From the NCBI GenBank assembly GCA_964361095.1, contig CAYHZA010000001.1, positions 1,456-65,455 of the forward strand: a stretch of DNA of 64,000 nucleotides, written 5' to 3'. The translations under genes and the position numbers were made by a program. Positions 55,972 through 64,000 of the stretch are shown piece after piece (within the stretch, counting starts at the first letter, position 1; the number at the start of each line of letters is the position of its first letter). The notes beneath the pieces are model-generated. The model was not told the origin of the DNA and did not search any database. It worked only from the letters and a program-made list of their open reading frames with translations. The DNA is from an uncultured Candidatus Saccharibacteria bacterium. Lineage in GTDB: Bacteria; Patescibacteriota; Minisyncoccia; UBA6257; 2-01-FULL-56-20.

Positions 55972-56406
55972 ATGTCAGATGATATTCCACAATTTGGTAC
56001 AAAACCAGAAAAAGAATATAAAGATAGACTTAGTGCTTACGCGGTTGTTTTTAATGACGACGGGAAACTTCTAACTCTAATAGTTGGAACAACATTTCAT
56101 CTTCCAGGGGGAGGCATTGATTTGGGCGAAGACCCGCAGGAGGCTGTAGTGCGCGAAGCGCAAGAAGAAGCTGGTTGTAAGATTACAGATTTACAATACA
56201 TTGGAAAGGCTAATCAGTTTTTTCTAAATACTGATATGGGCCCGTTAAACAAACTCGGAATTTTTTTCAAAGCACGAATGATTCACATAGATTCAACAAA
56301 AGGAGTTGAGGCTGATCACAAAATTTCCTGGCTTACTCCAGAAGAATTTTTTTATTCGTCATCTAGTGAATTTCAAAAGTGGGCGTTGAAGAAAGCTTTA
56401 GAGTAG
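55972..56406 (+). CDS. NUDIX hydrolase
   Basis: LPGGGIDLGEDPQEAVVREAQEEAG Nudix box. Confidence 0.92.
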   Translation: MSDDIPQFGTKPEKEYKDRLSAYAVVFNDDGKLLTLIVGTTFHLPGGGIDLGEDPQEAVVREAQEEAGCKITDLQYIGKANQFFLNTDMGPLNKLGIFFKARMIHIDSTKGVEADHKISWLTPEEFFYSSSSEFQKWALKKALE

Positions 56407-56607
56407 CAAATAGTGTTTCTTATTTACTAAAACTATGTAAGAGTAAAGCAAAGAAAGATCAGAAATTCTCACCAAGTATTGACTTTTTCCATTGAATATA
56501 GCAATCTAACTGCATCTTAGAGAAATGGTTCTTTAAGATGCTCTTTGAATTTTGAAGAACAGGGGATTCTACAAACCGGGTTCACCCCATTACCTGGAGG
56601 GATCTCT

Positions 56608-57453
56608 ATGGGTAGGTCGGTTCGGATAATAAGCGGTGTTGAGGCACAGGTCGTCGTGAATGGAAGGTTGTGTTTCATTGGCGACGATGGATGTATCAGT
56701 TCGGTTTTGACCGACCGGGACTTTGTTTTCCTGGGTGTCATTTCCACACGAAAGAATACCCACGTGTTCACCGTCACTCTTGAGGACAAGAAAACAAACA
56801 AGAGGCGCGTGAACGAGCTTCGTCACGGTCCGGAAAGCACCAGCGAGCGTTATGTTTATAGCCGGAGTATGCCGGTGCGTAAGGGACATGGCGATTTCTA
56901 CGTGGACTCGCGCACGAACGCGATGCACATGATCGCCATCTATCCGCCGAACTTCACGTTCCACGAGTTGCGTGTCGTATCCCGCCATGGAAAATTTTTT
57001 CTCACGGCGCAGTTACAGACGGGGCTTTGCTATCGGGATGAAACCTCGAACCTCCGATGCCCTCTCTTCGAGGAAGATCCGAAACGTCCCCGTCACAGCG
57101 GCTGGCCCGAAATGATTGAGTTTTTAAAGAAGAGAACCGCGATGGCCGAGAGGTCGTCCAAGATCTTCCCGCACATCAACGAGTATCGGCCGAAACCCGA
57201 TCTGCCGCTCGAGAAGCTCAAAGAAAAGGAGGGTTTCGTTCGCTGGTGGAACATCGGGAGAGGTATCGGCGCCTTCGTCACCCGTACGGGAGATGAGGTT
57301 CGGATGCATCACACGAAGGTTGTCGCCAAAGATCGCGTCCCGATCCTTCGCGAAGGTGATCTCGTGACGTTCGATGAGCTTCAGGCTCCGACCGGCAATA
57401 CGAGCTTCAAGTACGAGGCGATCGGTGTGAGGGTCGTGTCGCTCGCGAGTTAG
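56608..57453 (+). CDS. Hypothetical protein with C-terminal cold-shock/OB-like domain
   Basis: RBS GGAGG; C-terminal GFVRWWNIGRGIGAF..VRMHH..LREGDLVTF. Confidence 0.7.
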   Translation: MGRSVRIISGVEAQVVVNGRLCFIGDDGCISSVLTDRDFVFLGVISTRKNTHVFTVTLEDKKTNKRRVNELRHGPESTSERYVYSRSMPVRKGHGDFYVDSRTNAMHMIAIYPPNFTFHELRVVSRHGKFFLTAQLQTGLCYRDETSNLRCPLFEEDPKRPRHSGWPEMIEFLKKRTAMAERSSKIFPHINEYRPKPDLPLEKLKEKEGFVRWWNIGRGIGAFVTRTGDEVRMHHTKVVAKDRVPILREGDLVTFDELQAPTGNTSFKYEAIGVRVVSLAS

Positions 57454-57559
57454 TGAATCACTCCTGTTTTTGGAAATAGATTGACATCAAGGCCTTGCCG
57501 ATTTCTCGGCAAGGCCTGTTTTTTATCACGGCAGGCAATAATCTGATAGAATAAGTGCA

Positions 57560-58567
57560 ATGAGAAAGCCGAAGCTGGTTGTGCTGGGAGGTGGCACGGG
57601 AACGTTCATGGTTCTCTCGGGCCTCAAAAAATATCCAATCGAACTTTCCGCGGTTGTCTCTATGGCGGATGACGGCGGATCAACGGGAATGCTTCGCGAT
57701 GAGCTTGGTGTTCTTCCTCCGGGCGACGTGCGTCAATGCCTTGTCGCGCTTTCGCGCTCGGATAAGCTTATGCGGGAATTGATGAATTACCGTTTTACGA
57801 ACGGAACATTGAAGGGCCACAGCGTCGGGAATCTTCTCTTGTCCGCGCTCGAAAAAATAACGGGGAGTTTCGATGTGGCGGTGGAAAAAGCATCCGAAAT
57901 TTTACAGCTTGAAGGGCGGGTGATCCCCGCGACGCTTGATAAGGTAGAACTTATGGCTCGCCTTGATCGCGGACGAACCATCCGCGGCGAGCGAGCGGTG
58001 TACGAGGCGAATCTTAAAGGATTGCGGCGGCTTGAGCTTATTCCCCGTTCGCGGGCGAATCCGAAAGCGTTACGCGCGCTTCGCGACGCGGATTTCATCG
58101 TGATCGGCCCCGGGGATCTTTACTCGAGCTTGATTCCGGTGCTCCTCGTTCCCGGGATTCCGCGCGCCATTACGGAGAGTAAGGCGAAAAAAGTTTATAT
58201 CTGCAATCTGATGACAAAAGCAGGTCAGACAGAAGGATTTGGTGTTTATGATTATGTGCGGGTCATTGAGCAATATCTCAAGGGACACTTTGATTATGCT
58301 GTGTTCAATAAGGAACGCCCGTCGGAGGATTTGCTCAAGCGTTACGCGCGGAAAGGTGAACATTTTGTTGATATTCTCAAGGGAGACAAAAAGAATACAC
58401 CGGGAAAAAATTTGAAAAAGAGTACTACCTATGTCGGTGGGAATTTGTTAAGCCGAAAAATTTTTATTCCGCCCAAAGGCGACCCGCTCGCGCGAACGCT
58501 GATTCGCCATAATTCGGATCGGCTCGCGCGCCTTCTTTTTAGGAAACTTATTGTTCATACGCTGTAA
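57560..58567 (+). CDS. yvcK: YvcK/UPF0052 family protein (gluconeogenesis factor)
   Basis: GGGTG, ADDGGSTG, PPGDVR, GPGDLYSS. Confidence 0.92.
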   Translation: MRKPKLVVLGGGTGTFMVLSGLKKYPIELSAVVSMADDGGSTGMLRDELGVLPPGDVRQCLVALSRSDKLMRELMNYRFTNGTLKGHSVGNLLLSALEKITGSFDVAVEKASEILQLEGRVIPATLDKVELMARLDRGRTIRGERAVYEANLKGLRRLELIPRSRANPKALRALRDADFIVIGPGDLYSSLIPVLLVPGIPRAITESKAKKVYICNLMTKAGQTEGFGVYDYVRVIEQYLKGHFDYAVFNKERPSEDLLKRYARKGEHFVDILKGDKKNTPGKNLKKSTTYVGGNLLSRKIFIPPKGDPLARTLIRHNSDRLARLLFRKLIVHTL

Positions 58568-58572
58568 TATTT

Positions 58573-59217
58573 ATGCGCCCTTCCTGTATCGCCCTTGATC
58601 TCGACCAAACACTTATCCACTACCGTGGCGAGTACGAAGGTATGTTCGAGCCTTTTACAAAAAGAAATGTTCCCAAAAAAATAGTGGAGACCGCGCGGGA
58701 TAACACTACTCTTGTCGGAGGGTTTTCGATCGTGAATTTACTGGTGACACTTCGTTCTCTTATTACTCATGTGCCCGACGAGCCGGCCATAGAACGTGAA
58801 CTCGAAATGTGGTTCAAGAATTGCCTCGCGCTTTATGATGATGCATCGCGTTTTATGAAACAGTGGGAGAAAAAACATACCCCGCCTCTTGCGATCGTGA
58901 CTCGGGGAGATGAAACGTGGCAAAGGCGTAAAGTTGAATTTCTTACTCTTGCCCATGATCATCTTTTTGTCACCGAGAAAAGGATTACGAAATGTGACGC
59001 ACTCCGCAAACTTATCACACGTTACGGCGCGCCTCTTATATTCGTTGATGACAAAGCGAGTGAACTCGATCGTGTGCGCGAAGAAGGGCTTGGGGAAAAT
59101 GCGGTTCTCACTGTTCTTATAAAACGTCCCGAAAGCATCTATAGGGACCAAAAGGCAGAGTTTCCGCATCGGGTAATCTCGACACTTGAAGATTTGAATC
59201 CGATTCTCGCTTCGTGA
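58573..59217 (+). CDS. HAD-superfamily hydrolase
   Basis: DLDQTL motif I; FVDDK motif IV. Confidence 0.8.
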   Translation: MRPSCIALDLDQTLIHYRGEYEGMFEPFTKRNVPKKIVETARDNTTLVGGFSIVNLLVTLRSLITHVPDEPAIERELEMWFKNCLALYDDASRFMKQWEKKHTPPLAIVTRGDETWQRRKVEFLTLAHDHLFVTEKRITKCDALRKLITRYGAPLIFVDDKASELDRVREEGLGENAVLTVLIKRPESIYRDQKAEFPHRVISTLEDLNPILAS

Positions 59218-59281
59218 TACGCTCAAACAGCGAGGGCCTATAGTTTATCCGCCAGCTGGCGGAGGTAGAACGCCTCGTTTG

Positions 59282-59499
59282 TTCCCGCCCAGCCCCACTT
59301 TTACACACAGCATCGCATAACTCATAGAAAATTGTGCCATCAACCATTTTGGACTCTTATCTAACATTACTAGTAAAAGTGGGGCTGGGCGCAATCCCGT
59401 ATGACTTTGGTGGGCCGTTAGCTCAGTGGCAGAGCGCCTCATTTGCAATGAGGAGGTCACCGGTTCAATCCCGGTACGGTCCACCAAAGTCATACGGGG
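59282..59499 (+). mobile_element. TTCCC-hairpin-GCAAT-CCCG-[tRNA-Ala]-CGGGG element (copy 5)
   Basis: 18-bp perfect stem (59287-59304/59373-59390); 16-bp stem CCCGTATGACTTTGGT/ACCAAAGTCATACGGG enclosing the tRNA. Confidence 0.85.
59412..59486 (+). tRNA. tRNA-Ala(UGC), intact inner copy
   Basis: GGGCCGT/ACGGTCC acceptor (G3:U70), CCTCA-TTTGCAA-TGAGG, ACCGG-TTCAATC-CCGGT, ACCA. Confidence 0.95.
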
Positions 59500-59560
59500 C
59501 AATGAGGGGGTCACCGGTTCGCAAAAACCTAAAAAATCCCAGATTATTTTGTAAATTGAT

Positions 59561-60412
59561 ATGTTCGAATTTTTAAGCTACATATTTTATTTTACCGCTG
59601 CAAGTGCTTCTCCACTACAAAGGAGATGGTTAGCGACGGCAAAAAATATTGATAACAAAGGGCAAATACATTTTGCTTTTCAAGTAACATTCATTACGGT
59701 CGTTTTGAGCTTGCTTCTGCCGTTTTTTAAACCTTTTTATCTCGCAGGAGATTTTTCTTATCTGACCGGTCTATCTCTAATCTGCGGAATATTCGGAGCG
59801 GGTTATTTTATAAGTTCCTATACTGCCCAAAAACATGTTGAAGCTGGCGTTACTACCCTCGTTAGCAATATTTACACACCCGTAACGATAGTTTTAGCGA
59901 CTTTTTTTCTCAATGAAAAATTAACAACAATACAGATATTTGGAACAATATTATTGCTCGTTGGTATGTTGATTGTTTCTCAAAAACACCGGATAGGAAA
60001 ATTCAAATTCGATAAGTATTTTATGCTTATGGTATTAAGTGGCGTAATGCTTGGAATATCTTTGACGGCAGAACGAGCACTGCAAAAAATGACAGGTTTT
60101 ACCGCGGGAACGATGTTTAGTTGGTGGATGCAATGTGCATTTTTGGGATTGGCAACACTTATAACACAAAATAAAAGCGAGTATTCAAAAAAAGATATTA
60201 CCATCACCGGAGGATTGAGATTTTTACAATCGTTGTCATGGGTCATTCTAATATTTGTGGTTGGAAATTTAAGCTTGGTATCCGCGATAACCACGTTCAA
60301 AGTTGTGATTATTTTTATAGCCGCGGCGATTTTCTTGAAAGAGCGCGAAGATTTGCCACGAAAAATTACCGGCAGTTTGGTTGCGCTCATGGGATTACTT
60401 TTGATGAAATAG
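59561..60412 (+). CDS. DMT/EamA family transporter
   Basis: About 10 TMs; FLNEKLT and FLKERE repeats; low GC. Confidence 0.85.
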   Translation: MFEFLSYIFYFTAASASPLQRRWLATAKNIDNKGQIHFAFQVTFITVVLSLLLPFFKPFYLAGDFSYLTGLSLICGIFGAGYFISSYTAQKHVEAGVTTLVSNIYTPVTIVLATFFLNEKLTTIQIFGTILLLVGMLIVSQKHRIGKFKFDKYFMLMVLSGVMLGISLTAERALQKMTGFTAGTMFSWWMQCAFLGLATLITQNKSEYSKKDITITGGLRFLQSLSWVILIFVVGNLSLVSAITTFKVVIIFIAAAIFLKEREDLPRKITGSLVALMGLLLMK

Positions 60413-60478
60413 TCTATGCCCCATGCAAAGATTTTAACCCTTGCCCATTTCACTCATTTGTTGTTACAATAACCACCA

Positions 60479-61705
60479 ATGCGTCGAAATCCACGGCTTA
60501 TACTCGGCATCATAACCCTCGTGACCATCGCGGCCGCTTTTTTTGTTTGGCCGGGGTCGCCGCTCGGGAAATGGCATCCGTGGCGTTTGGGGCTCGACTT
60601 GGTAGGTGGGAGCCACTTGGTTTACAAGGTTGATCTTTCACAAGTTACCGAGGGAGACCGAACCTCTGTTTTGAACGGCCTTCGGAATGTGATCGAAACG
60701 CGGGTGAATCTTTTTGGAGTAAGCGAGCCGCAGGTTTTTATCGCCGAATCCGGAAATGAAACACAGCTCATCGTTGAGCTCGCCGGAATTTCAAACATAA
60801 GCGATGCCATTAAACTCATCGGCGAGACGCCCTTTCTGGACTTTCGCGTATCCGAAGGGAACGGCACGAGTACGACCTTTAGCCCGACGAATCTGAACGG
60901 TCGCTACATCACACGTGCTCAACTTTCGTTTGCTCAGACCACCCAATCACCGGAAGTTTCCATTTCGTTCAATGACGAAGGGGCGAAAATTTTTGAAAAA
61001 CTTACCGAAGCGAATGTCGGCAAACCGGTTGGTATTTTCTTGGACGGCAATTTAATTTCGGCTCCGACCGTGCAGACTAAAATTTCCGGCGGTCAAGCAG
61101 TGATTACCGGGCGTTTTACGCTTACAGAGGCGCGTGAGCTTGTTGAGCGCTTTAACGCCGGCGCGCTTCCCGCCGCGATTACGCTTATCAATCAACAAAC
61201 GGTGAGTCCGAGCTTGGGCGCCGATTCCATGCGCAAGGCGATATTTGGAGGGATTGCCGGAACGCTCATCGTTATACTTTTTATGCTTTTCTATTATCGG
61301 TTTTTCGGGATCTTTGCCGCGCTCGCGCTCGTGGCTTATATCGTTCTCACGCTTGCGGTTTTCAAGTTGATTCCCATTACGCTTACGCTTGCCGGTCTCG
61401 CGGGTTTTATTTTGACGATCGGCATGGCGGTTGACGCGAATATTCTTATTTTTGAACGTACCAAAGAGGAGTTGAAGCGCGGTCTCTCGAAGGTCGCGGC
61501 GATCGAAGAAGGATTTCGCCGCGCGTGGCCCTCGGTGCGGGACTCGAATATGAGCACCATTATTACGGCGCTTATTCTCTACTATTTCACCTCGAGTTTT
61601 ATCCGCGGATTCGCGCTCACGCTTCTTCTCGGGGTATTAGTGAGCATGTTCAGCGCCATTACCGTAACGCGTACACTGATGCGGGTTTTTATCAAAAACA
61701 AATAA
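60479..61705 (+). CDS. secD: Protein translocase subunit SecD
   Basis: LGLDLVGG, GVSEP, GMAVDANILIFER. Confidence 0.96.
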   Translation: MRRNPRLILGIITLVTIAAAFFVWPGSPLGKWHPWRLGLDLVGGSHLVYKVDLSQVTEGDRTSVLNGLRNVIETRVNLFGVSEPQVFIAESGNETQLIVELAGISNISDAIKLIGETPFLDFRVSEGNGTSTTFSPTNLNGRYITRAQLSFAQTTQSPEVSISFNDEGAKIFEKLTEANVGKPVGIFLDGNLISAPTVQTKISGGQAVITGRFTLTEARELVERFNAGALPAAITLINQQTVSPSLGADSMRKAIFGGIAGTLIVILFMLFYYRFFGIFAALALVAYIVLTLAVFKLIPITLTLAGLAGFILTIGMAVDANILIFERTKEELKRGLSKVAAIEEGFRRAWPSVRDSNMSTIITALILYYFTSSFIRGFALTLLLGVLVSMFSAITVTRTLMRVFIKNK

Positions 61706-62632
61706 ATGAAAGAATTCAATATCGTCGGGAATAAAAATATTTTTCTTTTTATATCGGGCGCGCTCGTCCTCGCGGCGGTTGTCGCTATTTTTCTTTTTGG
61801 ATTCCAGCTTGCGGTTGATTTCCGCGGTGGCACCTTGTGGCAGTTCGAAATTCAACCCGCATCGGCAACCTCAACTATTCCCACACTGGGGGACGTACAA
61901 AAATTCTTCGCGGAAAATCTAAAGATAAGCGACGCGGTAGTGAGTTCGGATCTTGCCGCGAAGACGTTTCTCGTCCGCTTGCCGGTCGTCGAAGAGCCGG
62001 ATCACCAGAAATACGTCTCGATCTTCAAAAGCGCGTTTCCCGGATTTTCCGAATTAAGTTTTCAATCTATTGGCCCTTCGGTAGGGAAAGATCTTCGAAC
62101 GAAATCAATATGGGCGATCGTCTTGGTTTTAGTCGGCATCTCGCTTTATATCGCGTTCGCGTTTCGAAAAGTTTCACGGCCCATCAGTTCGTGGAAGTAT
62201 GGCCTGATAACGCTCGTCACGTTGCTCCATGACGTGGTCATTCCCGCCGGATTTCTCGCGTTTTTGGGGTATTCTCAAGGAGTTGAAATAGACGGCAATT
62301 TTGTCGTCGCGCTTCTCGTCATCATGGGATTTTCGGTACACGATACTATCGTTGTGTTCGACAGAATCCGCGAAAATCTTTTTATATCAAAAGACAAAAG
62401 TAATTTTTCGCATATCGTAAATCAAAGCATTAACCAGACCATTAGCCGTTCGGTAAATACTTCACTTACGCTCATTTTGGTGTTGATTGCTCTTTATTTC
62501 GTGGGACCGCAGACGCTTTCTTACTTCGTCCTCACGCTTCTTATCGGGGTCACGCTTGGTGTTTACTCCTCGATCTTCGTGGCAAGCCCGGCATTGCTTT
62601 TGATCAATAAAAAACCCAAAGGAAGAGCTTAA
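61706..62632 (+). CDS. secF: Protein translocase subunit SecF
   Basis: VDFRGG, IGPSVG, GFSVHDTIVVFDRIREN, YSSIFVA. Confidence 0.96.
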   Translation: MKEFNIVGNKNIFLFISGALVLAAVVAIFLFGFQLAVDFRGGTLWQFEIQPASATSTIPTLGDVQKFFAENLKISDAVVSSDLAAKTFLVRLPVVEEPDHQKYVSIFKSAFPGFSELSFQSIGPSVGKDLRTKSIWAIVLVLVGISLYIAFAFRKVSRPISSWKYGLITLVTLLHDVVIPAGFLAFLGYSQGVEIDGNFVVALLVIMGFSVHDTIVVFDRIRENLFISKDKSNFSHIVNQSINQTISRSVNTSLTLILVLIALYFVGPQTLSYFVLTLLIGVTLGVYSSIFVASPALLLINKKPKGRA

Positions 62633-62646
62633 AAACGAGGGGTGGC

Positions 62647-62693
62647 TGTGGATAACATAATAACTTGACGAATTGGGAAAGCCGATTTATAAT
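62647..62693 (+). promoter_or_regulatory. DnaA-box-like 9-mer plus sigma70-like promoter
   Basis: TGTGGATAA (62647-62655); TTGACG-17-TATAAT (62665-62693), 6 bp before the ATG at 62700. Confidence 0.55.
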
Positions 62694-62699
62694 AATCCT

Positions 62700-63728
62700 A
62701 TGCTACAAGCCCAAAAGGTTTTCAGCTCGTTATTTGATGGTTTAGCCCCTCGGCAGAGGGATATTTTGGTTAACCGTTTTGGCCTCCAAAACGGAGAGCC
62801 CGAGACGCTCGCGGCCCTTGGAAAGCGCTATGGTATTACTCGTGAGCGGGTTCGCCAGATCGAGGCAAGTGCCATTGATCTCTTAAAAAAGAGGATCAAG
62901 GTTAATAACGCCTGTATTGAGCTTATTCATTCGAGCGTAAAATACTTGCGTAGCATGGGCGGGGTGGTAGGGCAGGAAGATCTCCTTGCGTATCACCGAT
63001 CGTTTATCGAGGGACTTACGGCCAATCACGTGGCGTTTCTCGTTGAGGCGACCGGCGCGTTTTGTATTTATCCGGCGGATAAAAATTTTCTGGCGTTTTA
63101 TTACACCGATAAACAAAGCCTCAAAAAAACGATGGATTGGATCGCGCAATTTACCAAATCGTTAAAGGCGAAGAAACGGGAAATTTTAAACGGAGCTTAT
63201 CAGGCGCATCTCGTGAATTTTGTGCGCGAAAAGCGCATGGAGCAGAAACTCGCCGAAAGCCTTTTGGGTATTTCAAAAAAAATCATGGCGAGTCCGTACG
63301 GTGACGTAGGTCTCGCGGAGTGGCCTGAAATTTCTCCTCGGACGGTGCGTGATCGTATTTACTTGATCTTAAAGAAAAAAGGCGAGCCGATTCACTTCGA
63401 AAACATCGCGCGCGACATCAATGAGGCGGGTTTTGGCGGGCGGAAAGCATTGGGTCCTACGGTGCATAACGAACTTATCAAAGACGCCCGTTTTGTGCTT
63501 GTGGGGAGGGGAATTTACGGACTTGCCGAACAAGGATACGAACCCGGAACCGCGAAAGAGGTAATTCATAAAATTTTAAAGAAAAACGGTCCGCTCGCCT
63601 TTAAGGATCTCGTAAAGGAGGTGCAGAAAGATCGTTTCTTCAAACAGAACACAATTTTGGCGAATTTACAGAATAAAGGGCTTTTTGAGCGTCTTACGAC
63701 CGGCGTGTATCGCGTGCGCGAGGCATAA
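62700..63728 (+). CDS. Sigma-70 region 4 HTH + HARE-HTH/RNAP-delta-like protein
   Basis: ETLAALGKRYGITRERVRQIE; TVHNELIKDARFVLVGRGIYGL. Confidence 0.85.
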   Translation: MLQAQKVFSSLFDGLAPRQRDILVNRFGLQNGEPETLAALGKRYGITRERVRQIEASAIDLLKKRIKVNNACIELIHSSVKYLRSMGGVVGQEDLLAYHRSFIEGLTANHVAFLVEATGAFCIYPADKNFLAFYYTDKQSLKKTMDWIAQFTKSLKAKKREILNGAYQAHLVNFVREKRMEQKLAESLLGISKKIMASPYGDVGLAEWPEISPRTVRDRIYLILKKKGEPIHFENIARDINEAGFGGRKALGPTVHNELIKDARFVLVGRGIYGLAEQGYEPGTAKEVIHKILKKNGPLAFKDLVKEVQKDRFFKQNTILANLQNKGLFERLTTGVYRVREA

Positions 63729-64000
63729 CGGAGGTTATTTTTTAAGTACTTCCAGAAAAGGTCCATAGTTTTGTGCGGCTCCATAGAGGGATTATCTCTT
63801 CCTCTTTAATGATAAGGGAGAGAAAGGTATACTGAATCAGTAGACTCCCGCCTTTGCGGGACGGGCAATTTTTTTGAAAATGGAGCAATTTTTCGATCAA
63901 TTATCCAATATAACAGGAGGCATTAACTTTGCTTCCCTCGCGAGTAACCAGTTTTTAGTTCTCGAAATCGGTCTTTTGGTTCTCTTTATTTTTTTTCCGT

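Larger units (their letters stand above)
59234..59521 (+). pseudogene. Outer, interrupted tRNA-Ala(UGC) relic (D-loop palindrome, anticodon insert, 3' end missing)
   Basis: GGGCCTATAGTTTA[TCCGCCAGCTGGCGGA]GGTAGAACGCCTCGTTTG|insert|CAATGAGGGGGTCACCGGTTCG. Confidence 0.75.

Noticed and set aside
59391-59503. GCAAT on both sides of the inner tRNA-Ala as a 5-bp target duplication
   Set aside because: The left GCAAT is the element's conserved internal linker (GCART in all five copies); the right one comes from the element end plus the anticodon loop.
63845-63862. CTCCCGC-cttt-GCGGGA hairpin as a sixth TTCCC/GCAAT element
   Set aside because: It lacks the GCART linker and a clear TTCCC-first-stem module.

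Overview
A bacterial chromosomal window that looks like Patescibacteria/CPR (Parcubacteria-like). This is inferred from compact genes, split transketolase, class II RNR, lamin-tail and HTH-LAGLIDADG-like proteins, and many short palindromes. It holds a low-GC defence island (1-7.5 kb: GIY-YIG/DUF4357, RadC-MTase fusion, second MTase, AlwI-family REase, UvrD helicase), a palindrome-dense accessory zone (7.5-14 kb), housekeeping genes (obgE, nrdJ, gap, rpiB, rpe, tkt, pfkB, fba, folA, thyA, rplY, metG, tatD, leuS, htrA, secDF) and several tRNAs. The main signal is a small structured element, YTCCC-[hairpin]-GCART-CCC(G)-[hairpin]-(C)GGGR, seen in five copies. Four of these interrupt tRNA-derived sequence without target duplication. 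In two cases (tRNA-Ser UGA and tRNA-Ala UGC) the element sits between anticodon positions 35/36 and carries a complete tRNA with the same anticodon as the loop of its second hairpin, giving a tRNA nested inside a tRNA. A second candidate mobile family consists of ~290-bp units with CCCCCACACC terminal inverted repeats around a lone GIY-YIG gene, plus non-coding derivatives. Short palindromes are also inserted in frame in LeuRS, GAPDH, FBA and other proteins. All calls were made by eye; no searches were run.
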